A stretch of 64,000 nucleotides of DNA from Deltaproteobacteria bacterium (GTDB lineage Bacteria > Desulfobacterota > Dissulfuribacteria > Dissulfuribacterales > UBA3076), in contig JAGYNZ010000003.1 of NCBI GenBank assembly GCA_018399745.1, positions 65,992 to 129,991 of the forward strand, read 5' to 3'. Made by a program: the position numbers and the translations under genes. The notes under the pieces are model-generated. The model ran no database searches. It was not told the origin of the DNA and saw only the letters and a list, made by a program, of their open reading frames with translations. Of the stretch, positions 20,502 to 29,810 are shown piece after piece (the first letter of the stretch is position 1; each line of letters opens with the position of its first letter).

Positions 20502-21573
20502 TATCGTTCAGATAATTTTTTGGAAAAGGTTAACCATTTTTACCTTTTGCATTTTACTGGCATCCTGTGGACGCAAAGCGCCTCCTGTGCCCCCCGGTAC
20601 CCTCCGGCCTGAGGCTATCAATGACTTAAGCTATACAATTATCCCGGATGGTATTGAGCTAAAATGGGGTGTTCCTGTAAGAAACAGAGATGACAGCCCC
20701 CTGGTCAGGATCAAAGGATTTAGGCTGTTAAAGGCAGAAATACCGCATGAGGAATATTGTGAGGATTGTCCTCCGCCTTTTGGGCAAATTATTGAAGTTC
20801 CATTTGATGCAGAACCGAAAAAGGCAAGGAAGATGGTATATGAAGACCGAACCGTGCGTTCCGGCATGCATTATATATACAAAGTCCGCACCGTAAAGGG
20901 ATGGCTGAATGTCAGCGACACGTCAAATCAAGTCTCTTTGGCCTGGCACGTTTTACCATCCGCGCCTTCAGGATTCATCGTTCAATTGGCAAAAAGCGGG
21001 GTTTATCTCTCGTGGCAGGCACCATCAAAATGGACGGATGGCGGTCCTGTGGACAAAGAACTTTTATACAGGATCTACCGGGCCAGAAAGGGGACGGATA
21101 AATGGAAAATCCTCGCTGATTTAGTAGGTTCCACAGACTATCTCGATCTCTCGACAAAAAAGAGGACCCGTTATCAATACAAGGTGGGGGCGGTCCTGCC
21201 ATATCACGGCACCGAAATTGAGGGACCTTGTACGCCTGAAACACCAGTGCATCCGGCAGATATTATCCCGCCGGCAGCGCCTGTTGATCTGGTTGCTGTC
21301 CGGGCTCCCAGGGGAATCGAACTCTTCTGGCAGGGGAAAACAGAGTCGGACATTTCAGGCTATATTGTATACAGAAAAGGACCGAATGACTTACTAGACA
21401 AGCTTAACAACAAACCCTTACCTCTATCCAGATTCGTGGACCGGGCTATCTTGCCCAGTGGACTATATACATATTGGGTAACTGCAATTGACAAGGCGGA
21501 TCCAGCTAACGAAAGTCCTTTGTCCAACCCTGCAAAGGTGGAGGTGGTTGAAGAAAGACCGAATGAGCAATGA
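20494..21573 (+). CDS. Lipoprotein with three fibronectin-III-like modules, at the lptM/yifL synteny position
   Basis: Lipobox [14 protein letters not shown]. Three repeats end in Y.Y.V.(A/T) motifs ([24 protein letters not shown]). It overlaps argH by 8 nt and lysA by 4 nt. Confidence 0.6.
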   Translation: MNNIVQIIFWKRLTIFTFCILLASCGRKAPPVPPGTLRPEAINDLSYTIIPDGIELKWGVPVRNRDDSPLVRIKGFRLLKAEIPHEEYCEDCPPPFGQIIEVPFDAEPKKARKMVYEDRTVRSGMHYIYKVRTVKGWLNVSDTSNQVSLAWHVLPSAPSGFIVQLAKSGVYLSWQAPSKWTDGGPVDKELLYRIYRARKGTDKWKILADLVGSTDYLDLSTKKRTRYQYKVGAVLPYHGTEIEGPCTPETPVHPADIIPPAAPVDLVAVRAPRGIELFWQGKTESDISGYIVYRKGPNDLLDKLNNKPLPLSRFVDRAILPSGLYTYWVTAIDKADPANESPLSNPAKVEVVEERPNEQ

Positions 21574-22814
21574 ATCATTTCCACTATAAAGATAAAGAAC
21601 TGTACTGCGAAAACATACCGGTCAAGGAGATAGCAAATAAGGTAAAGACACCTTTCTATCTTTACAGTTCCGCTACTCTGACCCATCATTTCAACGTCTT
21701 TGATAAGGCCTTTTCAGGACACCCGCACTTGATATGTTTTGCCGTCAAGGCAAATAGTAACCTGACTGTATTAAATCTTCTGGCAGAACTGGGGGCCGGC
21801 GCCGACATCGTTTCAGGAGGGGAGCTTTACAGGGCACTCAAAGCAGGAATCCCGGCAGACAAAATAGTATATTCCGGTGTTGGCAAGACGAAAAAAGAGA
21901 TCCGCGAGGCCGCAAAGGCGGATATCCTCATGTTTAATGTAGAGTCTATGGCAGAGCTGGATGCCATCTCCAGACAGGCGCGATGCCTTAAACGCCGCAT
22001 CAGAATCTCTTTCAGAGTAAATCCTGATGTAAACGCAAATACCCATCCCTATATTTCCACCGGTCTTAAGAAAAACAAGTTCGGCCTGCCCATGTCTCAG
22101 GCCCTGGAGGCCTACAAGGTTGCATCTAGCAGAGATGAGCTTGACATAGTGGGAATAGATTGTCACATAGGCTCCCAGCTAATCCAGGTCGAACCCTTTG
22201 TAGACGCAATAAGGAGAATTAAATTCTTACTCCGGAAGCTTGATGACTTTGGAATAAAGCTCAATTTCATCGACATAGGTGGCGGCCTTGGCATAAAATA
22301 TCAGGATGAAATTCCACCCAAGCCTGACGCTTACGCCAAGGCACTCCTCTCTGAAATCAAGGATCTTTCTCACTGCCTGATTATAGAACCAGGAAGGTCA
22401 ATTGTCGGAAACGCCGGCATTTTAGTAACAAAGATATTATATACCAAAGATACGGAGGAAAAGCGGTTTTATATCGTTGATGCCGCCATGAATGACCTTG
22501 CCCGCCCCGCTCTTTACGAAGCATACCACGAAATTCTACCTGTAATAAAGACCGATGCTCATTTACATCCAGCAGACATTGTGGGGCCAATATGTGAAAC
22601 CGGGGACTTCCTTGCCAGAGAGCGACCCATGCCGGATCTTAACCAAGGCGGTTTGCTGGCGATCATGAGTGCCGGGGCTTACGGTTTTAGCATGTCTTCC
22701 AACTATAACTCGAGGCCTCGAGTTCCAGAAGTCATGGTAAAGGACGATCACTTTAAGGTAATCAGAAAACGTGAAACCTATGCACGCCTTCTGCTCGGAG
22801 AGACCATTTGGTGA
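21570..22814 (+). CDS. lysA: Diaminopimelate decarboxylase
   Basis: 414 aa with the PLP-lysine motif FAVKAN, plus EPGRSIVG and CETGD. Confidence 0.93.
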   Translation: MNHFHYKDKELYCENIPVKEIANKVKTPFYLYSSATLTHHFNVFDKAFSGHPHLICFAVKANSNLTVLNLLAELGAGADIVSGGELYRALKAGIPADKIVYSGVGKTKKEIREAAKADILMFNVESMAELDAISRQARCLKRRIRISFRVNPDVNANTHPYISTGLKKNKFGLPMSQALEAYKVASSRDELDIVGIDCHIGSQLIQVEPFVDAIRRIKFLLRKLDDFGIKLNFIDIGGGLGIKYQDEIPPKPDAYAKALLSEIKDLSHCLIIEPGRSIVGNAGILVTKILYTKDTEEKRFYIVDAAMNDLARPALYEAYHEILPVIKTDAHLHPADIVGPICETGDFLARERPMPDLNQGGLLAIMSAGAYGFSMSSNYNSRPRVPEVMVKDDHFKVIRKRETYARLLLGETIW

Positions 22815-22820
22815 TCTGTT

Positions 22821-23642
22821 ATGCAGCACCTTTCTTTTAAAAAAATGCACGGAAGTGGAAATGATTTTATCCTGATAGACAACCGTGAAGGCAAGATAAG
22901 GGACTCCCAAGGACCTAATCTGGCCGCACTTCTGTGCAGGCGCAAGTTTGGAGTGGGAGCGGATGGACTTATACTCATCGAGAATTCTGACAGGGCGGAC
23001 TTCAAATGGCATTTTTTCAATGCCGATGGCAGCACAGCAGAAATGTGCGGAAATGGCGGACGTTGTGCAGCAAGATTTGCCCATCTTTCAGGCATTGCCC
23101 CGAAGAAACTCCGTTTTGAGACAGAGGCAGGAATCATACACGCCGATGTCGAGAATTCCATTGTAAAGCTTCAGCTTACTCGACCAAAAGATCTCAAGCT
23201 GGATGTGCCCATTAAGATCCACGATAAGACCTTTTCTCTTAATTGCCTGAACACCGGCGTACCACATGCAGTATATTTAACTCCGGACCTGGAATCAATC
23301 CCTATATTAGAATGGGGACGACTCATAAGGTTTGATCCATTCTTTCAGCCCGCAGGCACTAATGTCGACTTTGTTCAAATATTCGACAGGCAGACTATCC
23401 TTATTCGGACCTATGAAAGGGGGGTGGAAAATGAGACACTGGCCTGTGGTACCGGAGCAGTGGCCGGTGCCATACTTTCTGCCTGCAAAAATATGACCGA
23501 GAGCCCGGTCAAAGTCTCGACACGTAGTGGCGAGATACTAACCGTCTACTTCCGTCTAGACGGCAGGGAAGTCAGAGATGTCTTCCTTGAAGGAGAGGCT
23601 GTCCTGGTCTACTCAGGGAAAATCAATACCACTGCCATATAG
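22821..23642 (+). CDS. dapF: Diaminopimelate epimerase
   Basis: 273 aa. Both catalytic Cys motifs are present: NADGSTAEMCGNG and ETLACGTG. Confidence 0.93.
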   Translation: MQHLSFKKMHGSGNDFILIDNREGKIRDSQGPNLAALLCRRKFGVGADGLILIENSDRADFKWHFFNADGSTAEMCGNGGRCAARFAHLSGIAPKKLRFETEAGIIHADVENSIVKLQLTRPKDLKLDVPIKIHDKTFSLNCLNTGVPHAVYLTPDLESIPILEWGRLIRFDPFFQPAGTNVDFVQIFDRQTILIRTYERGVENETLACGTGAVAGAILSACKNMTESPVKVSTRSGEILTVYFRLDGREVRDVFLEGEAVLVYSGKINTTAI

Positions 23643-24615
23643 GACCATCAGTTAGAATGGGCGGCTCAGTGTTTGATTCCTGAGGGACAACACCGGAAGC
23701 TTGGTCTTCCGCAGTCTTGATTTCTCGTGGTTTATCAGGAAATACTGAGGCAGAAGCTGCATTTTGAACAGACGTATCCTGGCTTCCCCACGGTTTTCTA
23801 ATCCAGGAGAACCAGCCTTTTTTATCTTCTTTATCTGCGGTCTCGGTTTTCGACGGCAGGCAGGAAAGGGTTGAGGCTGGATCTGGAAGGGGTTCGGGCG
23901 GCATAGGTGGAAGTCCCTGAGTATATAACTCCCCGGCTGATAAGTCGGGAATCTGCTCTAATTCGCCGGAGTCCCTGTCGGATTGCTTGACCAGTAAGTC
24001 CGGATGCATCCTTGCTATTACCAGATTTTCATTCTGAGCTGTTTCCTCTTGCGACAATTTTTGAGGAACTTCTTGCTCGTCCTTGGTATCAGATTCTGCT
24101 TTCACTGATTTTGGAACATTCATGATTTGGTTTGCTGCTTGAGTTGCAAAATCTTCGATTCTGGGCGGTACTTCGTCAAGAGATACAGGAGAAAAGACAA
24201 GAGAATATAATGGAGACTCGGAATCTACCTGCAGTAAGTCCATGTCTATTGTTATATGCTCCCCTTCCGAGATCAGCTTGCCGGTGATAACATAGTCCAC
24301 CCTTAACTTACCGGCCATCTCTCTTATATCTGGAAAGGAGATGGCCCCCTGTTTCTTGCCGGTTATATACTGGATCTCAAGGGAATCCATAACGGACATG
24401 CCGTCCGAGGCCAGAGTGGCCAGACTGCTGCTCAAAACCTCTTCTATAGCAGGACCAACAAAAGAAAACTGACCTGCGGAACTGATATCAAACGGAAGCA
24501 CTGCGACCTTGACTTCACGCTGAGCAGCTTCGAGACTTATTATAGGGCAAATAATAAAAGCAATAAATAGACCAGGTCCTGCCCTAAATATTCCTTGAAT
24601 AATATTTTTCATCAC
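23623..24615 (-). CDS. Secreted hypothetical protein: structured N-terminal domain plus an acidic, Pro-rich disordered tail
   Basis: Signal-peptide-like N-terminus (LFIAFIICPIISLEA). The VAVLPF...DYVITG pattern resembles TolB-N/LpoB-like folds. It lies 45 nt downstream of the sigma-54 regulator gene on the same strand. Confidence 0.5.
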   Translation of the reverse strand: MMKNIIQGIFRAGPGLFIAFIICPIISLEAAQREVKVAVLPFDISSAGQFSFVGPAIEEVLSSSLATLASDGMSVMDSLEIQYITGKKQGAISFPDIREMAGKLRVDYVITGKLISEGEHITIDMDLLQVDSESPLYSLVFSPVSLDEVPPRIEDFATQAANQIMNVPKSVKAESDTKDEQEVPQKLSQEETAQNENLVIARMHPDLLVKQSDRDSGELEQIPDLSAGELYTQGLPPMPPEPLPDPASTLSCLPSKTETADKEDKKGWFSWIRKPWGSQDTSVQNAASASVFPDKPREIKTAEDQASGVVPQESNTEPPILTDGPIWQWY

Positions 24616-24660
24616 GTTTATTTAGTCCTTTGTGACACACCAAAACCCGTAATCAATCTC

Positions 24661-26091
24661 TTATTGTACAGGCTTGCTCATGCCCTGTTTCCCTACCTCA
24701 TGGTTTGGTGCCATAAGATTCTGTCTCTTCATCTTTTCAATCAGGGTGGTTCTGTTCATACGCAACAACTTGGCAGCCCTGTTCTTGACCCAACCTGTTT
24801 GTTCCAGGGCCTGAAGAATTAAAGTTTTTTCAAGATTTATCACGGCGGAGCTGAGAGAAAGTCCATCGGTCGGCAGGACACCCATGGACAAATCTGCGCC
24901 TATAGGCTTTCCGGACGTCTTTAAAATCCTGTCGGGAATATCTTTAACCGTCAGCACAGGGCCGTCGGCAAGTATCACCATGCGCTCTATTGTATTTTCG
25001 AGTTCTCTCACATTGCCTGGCCACCCGTAGCTTTCCAGATATCTAATTACGTCCTTTTCTATACCTTCTACGCGTATCTTTTTACCAGAACAGAATTTCA
25101 GCAAGAAATGCTGAATTAATAAAGGAATATCCTCAGGACGTTCCTTTAATGGAGGTATATGTATGGGTACCACATTCAGACGATAGTATAAATCGTCTCT
25201 GAAACTACCGTTATTAACAGCCCTTTCAAGATCCACGTTGGTGGCCGCAATTATCCTGACATCGACATGTATGGTCTTGGTTCCGCCAACCCTTTCAAAC
25301 TGCCGTTCCTGCAGGAAACGCAAGAGCTTGACCTGAAGAACCGGACTCATATCTCCAATTTCATCTAAAAAGACTGTTCCTTTATTTGCAAGCTCAAACC
25401 GACCTATCCTGGTACTGAGTGCGTGGGTAAATGCCCCTTTTTCGTGGCCAAAGAGTTCACTTTCCAAAAGTTCTGCGGGAATGGCAGCGCAATTCACAGG
25501 CACAAATGGTTTGTCCTTACGTTCACTGTTGTAATGTATTGCATGAACGATAAGCTCTTTCCCTGTACCTGATTCGCCGGTAATCAAGACCGTGCTGTCT
25601 ACTTTGGCAACTTTTCCTACCAGATCAAAGACCTCCTGCATTGCCTTGCTGACACCAACTATGCTTTCAAAACCGTGGATATCTCGTAGTTCCTGTTTAA
25701 ATAACCGATTCTCCCTCTTGAGTTCTCTGAATTCAAGAGCCTTTTCCACTATGAGAATGACCTCTCCCAGTTTGACGGGCTTTGTAAGGTAATCAAAGGC
25801 CCCTTGACGCATGGCCTCTACAGCCCCCTGTATGGTCCCAAAACCAGTCATAATTATACAGATTGTCTCCGGAGAATACTCTTTAAGAAAGTACAGGACA
25901 TCCATTCCATTCTTGATAGGCATATAGAGGTCTGTAATAACTAAATCGAAAAAATTCATGCCGCATTTATCTATAGCCTCTTGGCCGTTACAAGCCACAT
26001 CTATATTAAAGCCCTCACGTTTTAAGATTTCAGATATGCTTAATCGAATTTCAGGGGCATCGTCTACCACTAGTATTGATTCGTTGCGCAT
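24661..26091 (-). CDS. Sigma-54-dependent response regulator (NtrC family)
   Basis: Receiver domain (VVDDAPE...[10 protein letters not shown]), AAA+ domain with GESGTGKE and the GAFTHA (GAFTGA-type) loop, and a C-terminal Fis-type helix-turn-helix. Confidence 0.9.
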   Translation of the reverse strand: MRNESILVVDDAPEIRLSISEILKREGFNIDVACNGQEAIDKCGMNFFDLVITDLYMPIKNGMDVLYFLKEYSPETICIIMTGFGTIQGAVEAMRQGAFDYLTKPVKLGEVILIVEKALEFRELKRENRLFKQELRDIHGFESIVGVSKAMQEVFDLVGKVAKVDSTVLITGESGTGKELIVHAIHYNSERKDKPFVPVNCAAIPAELLESELFGHEKGAFTHALSTRIGRFELANKGTVFLDEIGDMSPVLQVKLLRFLQERQFERVGGTKTIHVDVRIIAATNVDLERAVNNGSFRDDLYYRLNVVPIHIPPLKERPEDIPLLIQHFLLKFCSGKKIRVEGIEKDVIRYLESYGWPGNVRELENTIERMVILADGPVLTVKDIPDRILKTSGKPIGADLSMGVLPTDGLSLSSAVINLEKTLILQALEQTGWVKNRAAKLLRMNRTTLIEKMKRQNLMAPNHEVGKQGMSKPVQ

Positions 26092-26551
26092 CTTATTCTT
26101 CCCTGTTGTCTATCCTGTGAGGCTGAAGGCATCTTGAAACAATTAAGGATTGTACTATTACCATAAAAATAGAAAAGGTCTAAAAATCTCCTGCATCTCA
26201 AAATAATCCTTGTACAGGGTTCGCGATCTATAAGAACTGAAGTCACGACTTTGTAATAATCGCCGCAGCTGATAAAGAAACACAATCCTCCCTTTGATTG
26301 GATTGAAGGACCATTTTTAACAAATAATTTAATTGAAATTACATAAATCAGTGATAAATGTCAATTTTTTGTGACATTTTTTTGACGTTTTATGATGCCA
26401 CCGACGAACTGGTATTCCATTTCGAAAAAACTGGTATGATAGACCAAAATCTGATGAATACAGCACAAAACAATTCTCATCTTCCGGTTTACGCCAATGC
26501 CGTTAAGGTGAGCAAATATAAACCTTCCTATTTTTTAACACCATATTGAAC

Positions 26552-27604
26552 ATGTTTGAATGGATCAAAAGACGACTCAATAAAATTTGCAGTCCAGCCC
26601 TGGACTGGGTCCAGATTGAGGTAACAACCTATTGCAATGGCTCCTGTATCTATTGTCCCCATACCATAATGAGGCATAGTTGGGCACAAAAACACATGCC
26701 AATGGAACTTTTCTGTACATTGGTTCCTTTTCTCGAATATACGGATTTGGTTTACCTACAGGGGTGGGGGGAACCGCTACTGAACGACCACCTGTTTGAC
26801 ATGCTCCGAATTTGTAAAAATCAGGGAAAACGCACCGGTTTTACGACAAATGGAATGCTTCTGAACGAAGATATGTCTCGAAGGTTGATTGATTTGGATT
26901 TAGACATCATAGGTATTAGCCTTGCTGGCACCAGTGCCAAAACTCATGACCGAATCCGCAAAGGGACCCATTTCAGCAAAATCATTTCCCAGGTTGAAAC
27001 ACTGTGCAAAATTAAGGCTGAAAAAAATGCTAGTCGTCCCAATGTGCATCTTGCCTATCTAATGATAAAATCTAATTTCCATGAACTTGAAGAGATTATC
27101 TCTCTTGCAAAAAGGGTTGAGGCAAAACAGGTGGTAGCCAGCAATCTGAGTCTTATCGTTGATCCAAAACTCTCGGCAGAGGCCATCTTCAATGATACAG
27201 TACATACTGATTACTACCGCGAGATATTGGATGAAATCAGAGATAAAGCAGCCCGTGAAGACATCATCTTTGATTATCACGGCCCCGGCCTTGACCATGC
27301 CTCTCTCCGCTGCCGTGAAAATGTCCGCCGTGCGTGCGTCATTAATGTTGAAGGCGAAGTGACGCCATGCGTTTTGACCAATCCCGTTCTTTCATCGTAT
27401 TACATCTTTAATGGTGACTCCCTTCCGCTGACAGGAATGTCCTTTGGCAACTTATGGAACGAAAGCCTAACCCAGATCTGGAATAAAGAGGACTACACCA
27501 GATTCAGGGCCCTCTTTGATCCTGAGATAAAAAGAGAACCCGAGCAAATTCGGTCAGAGATGCCTCAACGCTGCTTAAAATGTTATAAAAGGCTGGGGGT
27601 TTGA
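26552..27604 (+). CDS. Radical SAM enzyme with a C-terminal SPASM/twitch-like Cys domain
   Basis: CNGSCIYC (CX3CX2C) cluster motif near the N-terminus. C-terminal Cys pattern CRENVRRACVINVEGEVTPC ... CLKC. I placed the start at the ATG (MFEWIK); the track starts at TTG 26546. Confidence 0.8.
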   Translation: MFEWIKRRLNKICSPALDWVQIEVTTYCNGSCIYCPHTIMRHSWAQKHMPMELFCTLVPFLEYTDLVYLQGWGEPLLNDHLFDMLRICKNQGKRTGFTTNGMLLNEDMSRRLIDLDLDIIGISLAGTSAKTHDRIRKGTHFSKIISQVETLCKIKAEKNASRPNVHLAYLMIKSNFHELEEIISLAKRVEAKQVVASNLSLIVDPKLSAEAIFNDTVHTDYYREILDEIRDKAAREDIIFDYHGPGLDHASLRCRENVRRACVINVEGEVTPCVLTNPVLSSYYIFNGDSLPLTGMSFGNLWNESLTQIWNKEDYTRFRALFDPEIKREPEQIRSEMPQRCLKCYKRLGV

Positions 27605-27857
27605 TGGAAGGCAGATAACCAACAATTCGGTTGGCACTTTTGCACATTGGGTTAAAGGGCACTAAGCCTTTATAATTCCATTAATGGAGAATCAGTTCGA
27701 AATTCCCCAAAATTCTTTCATGGCATAGTACACACATAGCAACCATACATACAACCATAAAAAACTGCGGAATTTGGAGAAATCATCAAAAATCACACAC
27801 CAGGTTAGCAAAAATAAAAAGAGCTACGAGCAAAAGCCTGTAACTCTCTGATATCAC

Positions 27858-27934
27858 TGGGGTGAGCGATGGGAATCGAACCCACAGCCTTCGGGGCCAC
27901 AACCCGACGCTCTATCCGTTGAGCTACGCCCACC
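27858..27934 (-). tRNA. tRNA-His (anticodon GTG) with encoded G-1 and CCA
   Basis: The reverse complement folds as G-1 + GTGGGCG acceptor, anticodon stem TCGGG/CCCGA with loop TTGTGGC, T-loop TTCGATT, then CGCTCAC-C-CCA. Confidence 0.9.
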
Positions 27935-28110
27935 ACTGATTTTTTTTGTATATTACCATATATTATTCAAATCTGCATACGCTCAATGCCCTCTGCAACC
28001 TACTTTTTCGAGACCGATGGACTTCAAATGAGAGGTCTTAAAATTCGACTATTAATATAAACTTCGTGCATCGTCTAAATCATGAAAAAAACAAAATCCC
28101 AATCTCAGTC

Positions 28111-29526
28111 TCATGGAATTCGGGTCGGAGCGCGCCTCTCTCTTTTACGAAAAAGTATTCGAACAGGGGTATGCTTTAGGCCCAATTGTTCTCGAAACTG
28201 GTTTGCCAGAAATCGTTCATATTGAGATGGTATAAAGTCAGGATAATTCGCAAATATCAGGAAAGTTGGAGGTTTTGATGCTATCTGCGTGGTATAGTAT
28301 AGCCTCAGGTGGTGTCCCCTGGAGATGGGAGGAGTCCTTTTTGCCAATGTCTTTTGCAGGGCACTGTTGACTCCGCCTGTATTAATTAACTTATTAAAAT
28401 CAACATATACATCGTCTATCAATGGCAAAATCCGGTTGACATATTTCCCGGTGAGTGCTGAAATATTTCGGTGGGGAGAATATGGAATAAACCGTTTTGC
28501 CTGCTCAAGTTCCCTGGATCTTAATTTTGCTAATCTCTGGTCTTGCTGAAGCAGGTCCCATTTGTTGAACAGGGTAATACATGCCCGTCCATATCTTTCT
28601 GTGTAGCCGATCAAACGCTTATCCTGATCTGTAATTCCTTCTGAAATATCCATTACAATAAGGACAATATCACAGCCCTTTATAACATTAATAGCCTTAA
28701 TGATACTGAATTTTTCTATCTTATTATTGACCCTGGCCTTTCGCCTTATGCCTGCGGTATCAGTAAGTAGAATGTCCTTTCTGCCAGGTCGCTGAATAAG
28801 TGTATCTATGGAATCTCTGGTAGTACCCGGCAAATCCGTAACAATCATCCGAGGTTCACCCACCAGCCTGTTAAACAAGGAGGATTTGCCGGTGTTTGGT
28901 CTACCGATTAAGGCCACTTTTATTGGCTGGTCCCCATCCTGCATAGTTTCCGAAGGCAAGCCTTCCAGGTTCGCCGAGGAATCTTCCAGAGGCCAATTGA
29001 TGTGCTTAAGCACATCAATGACTCTTGTCATAAGAGCATCTGTTCCCTTCCCATGTTCAGCCGAGACTGGAATGATTTCGCTCACACCCAATTCATAAAA
29101 TTCGCTCAGATTGAGTTCAAGAGAAGGATTATCCACCTTGTTTATTACTATTAAATATGGTTTCTTATATGAACGCAGTTCATCGATAATCTCCCTATCC
29201 GCCAAAGTGAGGCCTTCTTTAACATCCAGAATTATCAAAAGCAGATCAGATTCTTCCACTGCCTTTAAGCTTTGTTCACGGACAATTTGAGATATCGTGT
29301 TTAAATTAGATGATTTATCTATGCCACCAGTATCTATAAGTTGCATCGTAAGACCATCTTGTTTGAGTTCTGCATATCGGCGGTCTCTGGTGAGCCCTGG
29401 AAGCGAATCTACCAGTGCATCTCTTGTGTGGGTAAGCCGGTTTAGAAGTGTAGATTTCCCCACATTTGGCCGTCCTATCAGTGCAACCTTCGGCATTATT
29501 TTTTTGTTTTTGGGCCTGGAATTCAT
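28111..29526 (-). CDS. der: Ribosome-biogenesis GTPase Der (EngA)
   Basis: Tandem G domains (GRPNVGKSTL, GRPNTGKSSL; DTGG/DTAG; NKVD/NKWD) plus a KH-like C-terminus. The start is uncertain: candidates are 29586, 29526 and 29496. Confidence 0.9.
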   Translation of the reverse strand: MNSRPKNKKIMPKVALIGRPNVGKSTLLNRLTHTRDALVDSLPGLTRDRRYAELKQDGLTMQLIDTGGIDKSSNLNTISQIVREQSLKAVEESDLLLIILDVKEGLTLADREIIDELRSYKKPYLIVINKVDNPSLELNLSEFYELGVSEIIPVSAEHGKGTDALMTRVIDVLKHINWPLEDSSANLEGLPSETMQDGDQPIKVALIGRPNTGKSSLFNRLVGEPRMIVTDLPGTTRDSIDTLIQRPGRKDILLTDTAGIRRKARVNNKIEKFSIIKAINVIKGCDIVLIVMDISEGITDQDKRLIGYTERYGRACITLFNKWDLLQQDQRLAKLRSRELEQAKRFIPYSPHRNISALTGKYVNRILPLIDDVYVDFNKLINTGGVNSALQKTLAKRTPPISRGHHLRLYYTTQIASKPPTFLIFANYPDFIPSQYERFLANQFREQLGLKHTPVRILFRKRERRAPTRIP

Positions 29527-29810
29527 GTTGCTGTAATAAAGCCACCTTGTTTTAAACAGAGTCATCACCCGCGCCATGGAAACCACTACTGAGATTTTTT
29601 TATGTGTATAAAAGGCACGACGATCTGGCTAATAATATACTGAATATAGTGCAACCAGCGAAATTTTCACTGATTATTATTTTGTTGTATTATAGAACTG
29701 TGCTTGACGATAACCTAAGTAGTCATCTAATCTGTAAAGGGTATCCAGCTCTTTTTATGGTATTTGTCGCACCCTAAATTTTTTTGTGAGATTGGAGCGA
29801 GGTGACAATT

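Noticed and set aside
26410-26425. TGGTATTCCATTTCGA as a possible sigma-54 promoter for the radical SAM gene.
   Set aside because: The -12 element reads TTCG rather than TTGC, so the invariant GC is inverted, and the -24 region is poor.
26358-26549. A 63-codon ORF ending at the radical SAM start, considered as a RiPP precursor.
   Set aside because: It is an AT-rich spacer sequence with no Shine-Dalgarno and no Cys, Ser/Thr-rich or repeated core typical of known radical SAM substrates. I cannot exclude it, but I have no positive evidence.
27632-27644. TGGCAC-TT-TTGCA, which looks like a sigma-54 -24/-12 promoter downstream of the radical SAM gene.
   Set aside because: The spacing between the GG and GC elements is 3 nt too short (GG-N7-GC instead of GG-N10-GC). 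Sigma-54 promoters do not tolerate this.
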